NCBI GenBank assembly: GCA_032718475.1 | Contig: JAUCBJ010008269.1 | Span: 1-39,182, forward strand | DNA: 39,182 nt | Reading direction: 5' to 3' | Source: Nemertoderma westbladi | Lineage: Eukaryota; Animalia; Xenacoelomorpha | Part shown: piece by piece, positions 1 through 9,453 of the stretch | Layout: every line of letters starts with the position of its first letter | Numbering within the stretch: the first letter of the stretch is position 1 | Notes under the pieces: model-generated | The model's database searches: none | Told to the model about the DNA's origin: nothing | What the model saw: only the letters and a program-made list of their open reading frames with translations | Position numbers and translations under genes: made by a program

Positions 1-348
1 TGGTTGGATTGGTGACAGCCGTGGTAGAGTTGGCGATCGAATCGATATAATAGGGTAGTGTGGGGCTAGCCACACGATGAGAGGTTTGGGTACGCGCGAA
101 GATGAATATGCTATGGTTGGTTGATGCAACGACACGAACCAATACGCGCGGGTGGTAACAGCTGTAGGAGTAAGGAGGGCATCGTGAGGTTAGGCTACGC
201 GTAGGTGATAGGCAGCGATTGGTTGAAGGCAACGAGGCGAATCAATATTGATGGTGACAGATGGTCATTAAACACCTCGATTTAGCACCGGAATTTGGCA
301 TTTTTTAATTGCCTCCGAGATGTGGCCCGTAGCCCAGGCTAGGGAGGA

Positions 349-1413
349 GTGAGTGGAGGGCTATGCTTCTCCTACTACTTACTTGCCTCCACTGGTTTAG
401 AGATGCAATATATGGTGAGAATCATATCCGAGGAAACTAAGAAAATTGGATTAGATATTGAAAAATCCAAGACGAAGTGGATATACAGCTCAACATCACA
501 GCATCCAGCATTTCTGGTGTTAAATAATACTCTCATACCTGAAGCGAAAGAGTTGGTATTCCTCGGATTCAACCTTGCCGTAAAGAAACAGGATGCTCTA
601 CAATACTGCATAAGGACCATGTCGGTGGTCCATGCAATTTTCCGCAGGAAATCATGGACCGTTAAATGGTTGGACTGCAAGACAGTGGTTAGATTGTGGA
701 AGGCTGTGGGCGTGCCCTCGATTTTATATAGACTTAAATTCCTTCTTGGTGCCCTATCACAATCGCAGATTGAAATCCTGGAAATTCATTATAGGAGGCT
801 CCTAAGGGGTTTGTTATGTATTGGGCGATATGCCAGTAACTCCACCGTATATTTGCTATTTAATGGTAGTATATTTGCCAATGATGTGTTCAGGTCCTCT
901 ATTCGGACAATCATGAGTTTGCGGAGCTGCCCAAATACAAGCTTGAACTCTGGGCTCGGCATCACCCTCATACGCAATGTTACCAGTAGTGGCAGCAATT
1001 ACATTGGTCTTGGAAGCATATACGCTAAAGCATCTGCGAGATTCTCACTTCCCTACTTGAGTTCACTGGCAACGATGAAATACTCACTCAAAAGTATATT
1101 GTCGAGGGTGGCTCCCGGAGAACCATCCATCAAGGATAGAATGGACGCCTCTTTTATTGATCAGTGCCACAAACTGTCTCTCCCACTTGCAAGGAGACGC
1201 AACATATTATATACAACATATTATATACTCAACTACTTTGGTGTATCAAATCAATGTGATTTAAGTTATTGATCAATAGATCTATATTGATGTGTGATTT
1301 AGTAGCTAATTAGCCTACCTACTGAGGATTTTAACTTGTATTATTGTGTGTTTGTTTCGCGTATTTTAAACTGTCGGCCTGTCCGATTTTTATGAAATAA
1401 ATAATAAATAATA
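349..1413 (+). mobile_element. 5'-truncated non-LTR retrotransposon (LINE) remnant: RT C-terminal/thumb region plus (A/TAA)n tail
   Basis: ORF 349-1272 contains IGLDIEKSKTKWI...LNNTLIPEAKELVFLGF...LWKAVGVPSILY, typical of the region after YADD in non-LTR RTs. It is followed by a T-rich 3' UTR and the tail GAAATAAATAATAAATAATA (~1395-1413). No catalytic motif is present. The true 5' edge is uncertain. Confidence 0.7.
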
Positions 1414-1548
1414 CTTGGCAACGGGTAATTACATCAATAGGACATATCCACTACATAGTGTAAGGTAAAGTCAGCTTGTTTTATCTGTCTTTCATTAATC
1501 CATTAATTTCATTAAAGGTGGTGCAGATTAAGAAGGCGTTTGAAGCAA

Positions 1549-1569
1549 GGGGGGGGGGGGGGGGGGGGG
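1549..1569 (+). repeat. poly-G tract (G21)
   Basis: 21 consecutive G read directly; could form a G-quadruplex. Confidence 0.9.
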
Positions 1570-2751
1570 ATCTTTCCTCTCTTCTTTGATTTATTCTTAT
1601 TGGTTTTGGTTAAATTTTCTTAATTATTTATTTAAATTTCTTAAGTACCGATTTTGGGATAGAATTGATCAATTTTAATCTGTATCTAATAACTGAGCCT
1701 CCCTCGTCCTGCACGATGGCCCCACGAAAGTGTATGATTGCATAACGGTATCATTCGCTGATGATATTATCCTTCCCCTTATGAGTACACTTCCCCTTTA
1801 TGAGAATAATATACATTATATGGCTGGAGCCATTAATTAAGCTGAAATCCATTGGGTTTAATATCTGACAGTCTAAAACTCGGTGGATAAAAACCAGATG
1901 TGGAAAAGCTAAACAACATACTCCAATACTAATTAATTTAATGGGATCGTTGATAAGGAAAATATCTACAACGGTAGTTTTTCTGTACTTTTTCTGGAAA
2001 TACAAAATAATACTTTTGTACTTTGCCTGAGTTATAGCACTTATATATATATATAAAGTCCACAATTTACAAAACCTGTTCCTGTCGTATGTCATGGTAT
2101 TATATTATGTTGGATTATGTTGGTATAATATGTCGGATATTCTACAAGCGATTTTCACCATAGCTAGAACATTTAGTATCTGATGTTACTTTCTGTCATG
2201 TGATTAATTAGAAGGGTAGGTTTCTCTTCCGACGCTTTTGCCCCAGAAAATAATATTGAGCATTTCAATCATTCTGTGAGACTCAGTACCATATACTGTA
2301 TCTCCTCTCTAAGGTTGCTAAATATCCTACCAGTGAATGGCGAAACCGAATCACATGTTTGATGTTGGAATCAACAATTGGTATTCCAGAGGGAAAAACA
2401 AGATATATATTATTATTATCCGGCTTGCGCCCCGGCGGTTATATTAGAGTCGTAATGAGTAAAAGAGAACTACAGTAAACGGTTCACATTAAAATTGCAT
2501 TTAAATATTAACTTGAAATGAATGTGCAGTTAACTTGCCTCAACAATATATTGGTTTCCGAATTGTATTGTCTCCGAAGAAAAAAATTCCCATCTGATGT
2601 ATAGAGCCGACGCAGAGTATATAAGTAAATATACCATTTCCGAGTATTTAAATAAAATATATGTCTATATGATTTTGTAAACCTGATCTGGTGTTCTTTA
2701 CTCAAGTCTGCTGTTCACTGCAACTTCTATCTCGTGAGCCAACCCTCTCCT

Positions 2752-3020
2752 GATAAATTTATTTTACCGAAAATAATTTATCTTTTATTGGCGCAATTGT
2801 AGGACTAATACCATCACATCACATCCGACACCACGCTGAAGAGACCCAGTAAGGTCGAAACGCGTACGTGGTTTGGAGAGATATGAGATATTAATTTCAA
2901 TAAAAATTACGCGATTCCTAAATTTGTACACTACCCGGTTAAAAAGTACGCATGTGATGGGATTAGTCCTACAATTGCGCCAATAAAAGATAAAGTTATT
3001 TTCGGTAAAATAAACTTATC
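2752..3020. mobile_element. Penelope-like inverted-repeat element (~68-bp arms) enclosing a hammerhead motif and AATAAA
   Basis: Arms 2752-2819 and 2952-3020 are near-perfect reverse complements (TCTTTTATTGGCGCAATTGTAGGACTAAT / ATTAGTCCTACAATTGCGCCAATAAAAGA). The loop holds a minimal hammerhead and AATAAA at 2899. A 14-bp direct repeat CAACCCTCTCCTGA lies at 2740-2753 and 3111-3124. Confidence 0.65.
2824..2877 (+). ncRNA. minimal type I hammerhead ribozyme (Penelope-type)
   Basis: Stem I ACCACG(2830-35)/CGTGGT(2867-72), extendable by TCCGA/TTGGA; core CTGAAGA 2836-42; stem II GACC-cagtaa-GGTC; GAAA 2857-60; palindromic ACGCGT in place of stem III; GUA cleavage triplet ending at 2866. Confidence 0.8.
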
Positions 3021-3156
3021 ATTCGAGGTTAAGACCCCTAAGATCCCTTCCTATAAATGTATAATAACAAACACCTCGAAAAACACAGCTTGCCAACACA
3101 TTGTTACTATCAACCCTCTCCTGAACATTAATAGGCAAGTACCCCGTGTTAGTTGA

Positions 3157-4500
3157 TCATCTGCAGGACAATTCAACATTGATAAATGACATCATCCCGA
3201 TAAAGTTCATAACGACAAGAATGAGAAGTTGCCACTTTAAGATCAGTGTTCCTGAGTAGAAGAAAGCAACCATCGATCCGGTTGACTTTACGAACATACA
3301 TATAGCGAAAGCCGGGGCAGAATCCTCTGGGAACATAAATCCTATTAAAGAATAAATCTGTGTGTTGTAACAGGCATCACCGAAACCTAACAGGAAACTG
3401 GTGAGTAGCGCCAATGGGAGGTTGGGGTTGATGTAGGTGGGAGATAGGTCGGGTTCGATGGGCGATCGTTGGGGGAGATTTATGAAAGACAGAAAGAAGG
3501 TGAGACAGTGGACAAGGAAGCCAAGAAAGACGATGGGATCACGGCCAAACTTGTTGGTTACAAGTTTGGCCGTGATCCCATCGTGCCTTCCCATCGTGAT
3601 CCCATCGGCCTTCCCGGCCAATCCGAAGATAGCGCCCCCGAGGATCTCTCCAGCGCCCAATAGCATCCCCGAGATCCCGATATATTTCTTTACGTTTCCG
3701 CCGAAAGCGCTCGTGTTCCCGATGCAGGTACCGTAAACACCCGAGATGTAAGTCAACTCTAACCCGGTGTAGACGAAACACGCGCTCAGGGTGACCATCT
3801 GTCTTGTCTTAAACAGTCGAAAGGATAACTTCAAGGCGTCCAACGGGCCTTTCGGTTTGCTCTCTGCTGGTGCCCGAACGATCAGTAGATTGTCTTGATT
3901 TGCGTTTCCGCGTTTCTTAAGGAAAAACATGGTGGTGACCCCTAAACAACTGACTCCCAAAAGGGCAAAAAATAATTTTTCCCTTGTTGTATCGTCAATG
4001 TAGGCGACGCCTTCGAATGTAAAGTAAACGTAGAGATTTCCGAAAACTATTCTGCATTGCAGCAGCGCCCAGAATATACCGCTGTTTCGTCCGATTGTGT
4101 CCTCGTTGGAGTTTATTGTGAGGAAGTTTCCTTGCGCCGTCCATATAACGGCGGCCCCCACGCCCAACATACAGGAGCCGATGTATAGCAGCCACTCCAC
4201 TGGGTAGATGAACGAGGCTATGAATAGAGAGTAGACCACGCCCCCAGCGACCAGGGCTACTCGCGGCCCGGTGACGCATATCACAGAAGGAGCTATCCAA
4301 TAGGAAGCCGCGGCTACCCCGTAAATGATGGCTAGACTGTAGTAGCCGCTGCCGTTAAAGTTCGAATGATCGCGGTGCATTCCATTGAGAACTGTTTGTT
4401 CGACAATGGAGCAGGTTTGGAAGGCTGTGAATATCAACATGAAAGACATACCCAGAATGATCACATTAAATAGTTGTCGATCACACCCGCATGTCGCCAT
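3157..4500 (-). CDS. MFSD11: UNC93-like MFS transporter (MFSD11), intronless, 447 aa
   Basis: Family motifs LGMSFMLIFTAFQT, GYYSLAIIY, GVGAAVIWTAQGNFLTINS, IGRNSGIFWALLQ, YTGLELT, GEILGG, FGRDP, FLLGFGDACYNTQI, EDSAPAFA; about 12 hydrophobic segments; uninterrupted ORF. Confidence 0.93.
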   Translation of the reverse strand: MATCGCDRQLFNVIILGMSFMLIFTAFQTCSIVEQTVLNGMHRDHSNFNGSGYYSLAIIYGVAAASYWIAPSVICVTGPRVALVAGGVVYSLFIASFIYPVEWLLYIGSCMLGVGAAVIWTAQGNFLTINSNEDTIGRNSGIFWALLQCRIVFGNLYVYFTFEGVAYIDDTTREKLFFALLGVSCLGVTTMFFLKKRGNANQDNLLIVRAPAESKPKGPLDALKLSFRLFKTRQMVTLSACFVYTGLELTYISGVYGTCIGNTSAFGGNVKKYIGISGMLLGAGEILGGAIFGLAGKADGITMGRHDGITAKLVTNKFGRDPIVFLGFLVHCLTFFLSFINLPQRSPIEPDLSPTYINPNLPLALLTSFLLGFGDACYNTQIYSLIGFMFPEDSAPAFAICMFVKSTGSMVAFFYSGTLILKWQLLILVVMNFIGMMSFINVELSCR

Positions 4501-4889
4501 TATTATTAATTGTCACCTTTTATACGGTTGTATGTTTAATTATTCATGTTTACTGTATTCAATCTATTCATGTTACCGCACCGGTGTAAATGTTAACCTG
4601 ACATTTTAAATATAGATTCGTCAGTCCATTTTAAATATAGCCGTCGCTCCGGTGGCTTAAAGTCCGGACAATGACATAAATTTAATCTGGAATCAGGAAG
4701 TGTCATTCAATATAACCTAAAATAGTATACGGTGGGGTGAGTAAATTAATATTCACAAACTCTACATTAATAATGTGTGGCAATTAGTAACGTACAGTCA
4801 GATACGGGGGACACTTTCGACGCAATAAAAATTCATCTATCTCCAGGGGAAATTCGACGCAAATAACAACTGATTACTCTAAAAAATAA

Positions 4890-5896
4890 GTAGTATCTTG
4901 TGCGCACAACTTAGTATCTTGTGCGTACAACGTAGTATCTTGTGCGCACAACGTAGTATCTTGTGTGCACAACTTAGTATCTTGTGCGTACAACTTAATA
5001 TCTTGTGTGTACAACTTAGTGTGTGTACAACTTAGTATCTTGTGTGTACAATTTAGTATCTTGTGCGTACAACGTAGTATCTTGTGTGTACAACTTAGTG
5101 TGTGTACAACTTAGTATCTTGTGTGTACAATTTAGTATCTTGTGCGTACAACTTAGTATCTTGTGTGTACAACTTAGTGTGTGTACAACTTAGTATCTTG
5201 TGTGTACAATTTAGTATCTTGTGCGTACAACGTAGTATCTTGTGCGTACAACTTAGTATCTTGTGTGTACAATTTAGTATCTTGTGCGTACAACGTAGTA
5301 TCTTGTTTGTACAACTTAGTATCTTGTGTGTACAACTTAGTGTGTGTACAACGTAGTATCTTGTGCGTACAACTTAATATCTTGTGTGTACAATTTAGTA
5401 TCTTGTGCGTACAACTTAGTATCTTGTTTGTACAACTTAGTATCTTGTGTGTACAACTTAGTATCTTGTGCGTACAACTTAGTATCTTGTGCGTACAACG
5501 TAGTATCTTGTGCGTACAACTTAGTATCTTGTTTGTACAACTTAGTATCTTGTGCGTACAACGTAGTATCTTGTGCGCACAACGTAGTATCTTGTGCGTA
5601 CAACTTAGTATCTTGTGCGTACAACGTAGTATCTTGTGCGTACAACTTAGTATCTTGTTTGTACAACGTAGTATCTTGTGTGTACAACTTAGTATCTTGT
5701 GTGTACACCTTAGTATCTTGTGCGCACAACTTAGTATCTTGTGCGTGCAACTTAGTATCTTGTTTGTACAACTTAGTATCTTGTGCGTACAACCTAGTAT
5801 AATGTGTGTACAACTTAGTATCTTGTGCGTACAACTTAGTATCTTGTTTGTACAACGTAGTATCTTGTGCGTACAACGTAGTATCTTGTGCGCACA
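4890..5896. repeat. 21-bp minisatellite, about 48 units, consensus ACTTAGTATCTTGTGCGTACA
   Basis: Direct reading. It explains the heptad ORFs (HKILSCT, VQLSILC, YNLVSCA, QDTKLYA). Four 16-bp deletion units occur at 5014, 5093, 5172 and 5335. Confidence 0.97.
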
Positions 5897-6109
5897 TCCA
5901 CTAAAATTAATGATTTGGAGTCTAATGGAACCGAATGTTCCGGGCATTAGGTATTCAGGTATGAAAAATCCAACTTCTATAGAGAAAATAAAAGTATTCG
6001 TCTAGCTGTTATACTAGAGGATAAAGTAAATGCCCCTAGTACAGTATAAAAATCATTCAATAAAATATTACAGGTAAGCTCATACCTTGGCAAAGTCATA
6101 CCTTCAAGT

Positions 6110-6165
6110 AGCCCTTGGCGTAAATGGTTAAATCCTGGAGGTCGTGAGTTCGAACCTTGCCCCAA
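6110..6165 (+). mobile_element. tRNA-derived SINE head (Pol III A/B boxes), degenerate
   Basis: A-box-like TGGCGTAAATGG (~6117) and B-box GAGTTCGAACC (~6146); no anticodon arm. Confidence 0.45.
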
Positions 6166-6298
6166 CTTTCGAATATCGATTTGGCAGGTCACAAGTACAG
6201 CACAAATGGCCTTGATCTTAACGTTCGGCTGTTTTTCCTTCCATGCCTTTGTTTTCGGTATTAATACATACTACTGTACATCGCGATTCTACAGGTGC

Positions 6299-6395
6299 TG
6301 CATGTTAGCTCAGTTTGTTGAGTACCGGGCTTACAACCTATTGGTTATAGGTTCGAGCCCCGTTTCTCACACAGGGTGGTTTGTGAGAAAGGAAT
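6299..6395 (+). mobile_element. tRNA-derived SINE head or tRNA(Val-UAC)-like pseudogene
   Basis: TAGCTCAGTTTGTTGAGT (A box/D arm), CTTACAA loop, GGTTCGAGCCC (B box). The acceptor, anticodon and T stems are mismatched. Confidence 0.55.
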
Positions 6396-6548
6396 CTATC
6401 TATCTATAATCGGCCTGCTGCATTGCAGTTGTACCACATTGAGATGCTGTGATGGCTTAAAAGAAAAATTATGCCACCACCAACAAATCCACAGTATGCA
6501 TGCTGTGAATGCTCTGCCGCCTTGTCGACAAAATTGCTCCGCCACAAT
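6396..6548 (-). mobile_element. 3' end of RTE-like LINE family B (long 3'-UTR variant)
   Basis: Minus strand encodes LWRSNFVDKAAEHS (compare LWWCNFVDKPAQHS at 15594). The UTR aligns with 13505-13612 and ends ACTGCAATGCAGCAGGCCGAT plus a (TAGA)n tail. Confidence 0.75.
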
Positions 6549-6683
6549 CCGTTATGGCCGATGCGAACCGTTAGTAGACCTAACAGTACGACCCCTTCAG
6601 TTTCCACACCTTTCGAGTTTAATAATGGTATGGTGATTCAATTGTACGGCATTAAATCATTATTATATCAATGATTTATTTAG

Positions 6684-6815
6684 ATTTGGTACAGTTCGGG
6701 GCAGCGCCGTGGAGCAATACTTTAACGGGAAGATCGAATTCTCTACCATGACTCACTTTATGAAGGAATTTTCTACAAATAGTCCCGAAAGTGGAGTCCA
6801 ATCGATTCTCAATGG
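6684..6815 (+). CDS. GRIN1: NMDA receptor GluN1 exon (S2 lobe): FGTVRGSAVEQYFNGKIEFSTMTHFMKEFSTNSPESGVQSILNG
   Basis: Acceptor tttatttag, donor gtaggt, phase 2/2; aligns to GluN1 [30 protein letters not shown]. Confidence 0.85.
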
Positions 6816-7030
6816 GTAGGTTATGTTCGATTCATCTTACTTTAATAATTTTTTTTAACAGCATTTTTTATTTTATCTAGAAGTCGTAACTGAAGTTTAT
6901 TTTCTATCGGGAATGTAATTCGCACGTTGTCAATTAAATCAGAGTTAGAGGCGACTATGATAATATTTGCTGATAGTTAATGAACTTAACTTAATCCAAA
7001 ATATATTTCTAACGTTGCTATCAACTTTAG

Positions 7031-7140
7031 GTCATTGGATGCCTTTATATGGGACAGTGCTGTACTGGATTATGAGACATCCAAAAACTGCGCTCTTAAA
7101 ACAGTTGGTGGCCTTTTTCATCGAACCGGATTCTCATTAG
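7031..7140 (+). CDS. GRIN1: GluN1 exon: SLDAFIWDSAVLDYETSKNCALKTVGGLFHRTGFSL
   Basis: Acceptor ctttag, donor gttaga, phase 2/1; carries the GluN1-diagnostic AFIWDSAVL. Confidence 0.92.
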
Positions 7141-7284
7141 GTTAGATGTAATATATTTTATTCCAAAATTGTAACATTAGTCAATGCCGTTAGTATTAAC
7201 AGCGAGTTGTTATTTAGCACTGTACAACTTTAGAGGACATTGCAGAATTGTATTGGCCTGTACATTTAGTATTGTATTTGGTGT

Positions 7285-7375
7285 TATTGTTTACGTGGTA
7301 ACCATTGACGGCGTTAAGTAATGTCCACTAAGGGGACATTACTTAATGCCGTCATTGGTTGCCACGTAAACAATA
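7285..7375. repeat. intronic palindrome / small MITE (~42-bp arms)
   Basis: TATTGTTTACGTGGTAACCATTGACGGCGTTAAGTAATGTCC versus GGACATTACTTAATGCCGTCATTGGTTGCCACGTAAACAATA. Confidence 0.85.
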
Positions 7376-8270
7376 GGTGGAAATTTGCCTGACAGCCAGA
7401 TAGGCCTACTGCATTACCTACCGGTAGGCGGGGTATAGCTATTAATAACCAGTAGCTAAATTATTAACATGGCTCCAAACGCCACCATAAATCTAAGCTA
7501 ACTTATTTATAACATAATTTATGTCATTTTTACATTTATTTATACAGCAACTAATATAATTTGTGCAGTTTCTATCACTTATAATATATATGTACAATCA
7601 TTTCGTAATGTTAAAATTTTGGAATAAAACTACATACATACTTGTTACAAACTACTTTACAGTGTTCTGATCCTCGTGGCTTTATTTTCACTCATTCTCT
7701 AACGTTCGTTCGTGTAACAATGCCACTCGGATCATCACACTGTAACGTGCTACTTTACACACAAGTATGTAAATAGTTATTATTATACATAATATTTATT
7801 AATATTATTAATATATTAGATATATTTTGTACTATATTACGGTAGGCTAATAACAATTAGTTTGACTTTTTTTTTTTTCTAGAGGCCACTAATATTATTC
7901 ATAATGATATAATCTATGTTTATACTGTACTGTAGTACTTAAAAAATGACTTTGGTTGAACACTTTTTATAGATAATGAAGTGAAAAACGGAATTCGCCA
8001 CGAACGGGGCGAATTCTTGAAAAAAAAGGCGAATCTATTTTTCCGCTTCATTAGACTATAGAAATGCTCTATGTTAGAACAAAGGTCAAATTATTAGCGG
8101 TTTAAAAAAACCATTAAAACTATTACAATTATTTTAATAAAATTATTAAAATTTGATATGAAGTGATAATATTGGGCACCAGTATCTCCCGGAAATATTC
8201 GTATGGTGGAACAGTCGACGATTTAATACAGATGTAAATGTAAAATAAAGTGATATATTAGGCGATTTCA

Positions 8271-8916
8271 TACTAGTGTTTAAACGGGATCCCGATCCCG
8301 AAAAACTGGGATCCCGGTGAAAATGCAATCCCTGTCCCGATCCCAACATTTTTGGAACGGCATCCCGAAGTATAAATGAAGTAAATTTGTTGAATATCTG
8401 ATAAATAGTTGCAGCAGAACGGAAATGTTTTGATTATATCAAATTTATATTTCAGTAAACCATCCAGTAATCAATTACAAAATATTTTTAATATAACTTT
8501 ATCTGACTAATATTTCAGAAGTATAAGATAAAGTGGGTGTTACCCAAAACCCAACGGATATTCTAATAACTTTAGGGAAATTTAATACAAAATTGCAATC
8601 CCGATCCCGAAAAACGGGATCCCGAGAGTGATAATCCCGGTCCCGGGATCCCGTGAGTGATAATCCCGGTCCCGGGATCCCGAGAGTGATAATCCCGATC
8701 CTGGGATCCCGAGAGTGATAATTCCAGTCCCGGGATCCCGAGATTGATAATCCCGGTCCCGGGATCCCGTGAGTGATAATCCCGGTCCCGGGATCCCGAG
8801 AGTGATAATTCCAGTCCCGGGATCCCGAGATTGGTAATCCCGGTCCCGGGATCCCGTGAGTGATAATCACGGTCCCTATCCCGGAAATCCCGAAAAGTTA
8901 GATCCCGTTTAATCTA
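8271..8916. mobile_element. non-autonomous DNA transposon (MITE-like) with an internal 29-bp tandem array
   Basis: Terminal inverted TTAAACGGGATC (8280) / GATCCCGTTTAA (8901-8912). Nine 29-bp units GGGATCCCGAGAGTGATAATCCCGGTCCC start at 8616, 8645 and so on to 8848. Confidence 0.7.
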
Positions 8917-9038
8917 CCACCCCCAACACACTGTGAGAGAAAGGAGTCACAAATAAAGTAGGCCCTATATTAATAAGTGTCATAATTAAATTAACATCCC
9001 ATTATAATGATATGAATAATTTTGTAATTATTTCTTAG

Positions 9039-9200
9039 CATTGCCTAAGAACAGCAGTTGGTCATCACGAATGTCTTCAGTGATTCTTAACTTCCATGAG
9101 GATGGGACCATGGAGAAACTCGACACCCATTGGATATCCTACCGGAAGTGTCCAACTGCGGAAGCGGAACCCGCCACTCTGGGAATCAAAAACATGGCGG
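9039..9200 (+). CDS. GRIN1: GluN1 exon (end of S2, pre-M4): ALPKNSSWSSRMSSVILNFHEDGTMEKLDTHWISYRKCPTAEAEPATLGIKNMA
   Basis: Acceptor tttcttag, donor gtgtgt, phase 1/1; aligns to GluN1 [27 protein letters not shown]...PATLTFENMAG. Confidence 0.92.
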
Positions 9201-9453
9201 GTGTGTTTGTTATTAAATATACCGGCATGGACACATAATTATAGTTGGAAGCCGAAAGAGATAAAAAAATATTGTTATAAAGTGAATTTCGCAATCTTTA
9301 CTACAGGTCTATAGGTTGGTCACTTTTGTTAGCTGATGCTGAATACATACTTGCCTTAGATCAACAAACCTTATTAAACATTTAGACTTAAATAAACCCT
9401 TACATGGACAGTTTTCTGAAACAACAAATATTTGGATAGAAACAAAAATTTTA

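Noticed and set aside
4890-5896. CRISPR array or repeat-protein gene
   Set aside because: Units are head-to-tail with no unique spacers, the context is eukaryotic with no cas genes, and the long ORFs on both strands follow from the 21-bp period.
6299-6370. Functional tRNA-Val(UAC)
   Set aside because: The acceptor, anticodon and T stems do not pair; better explained as a SINE head or pseudogene.
6601-6627. GluN1 micro-exon between cag (6600) and gtatgg
   Set aside because: Joining it to the phase-2 acceptor at 6684 would create TGA.
9041-9238. Stand-alone 65-aa ORF
   Set aside because: It is an internal GluN1 exon read through into the intron.
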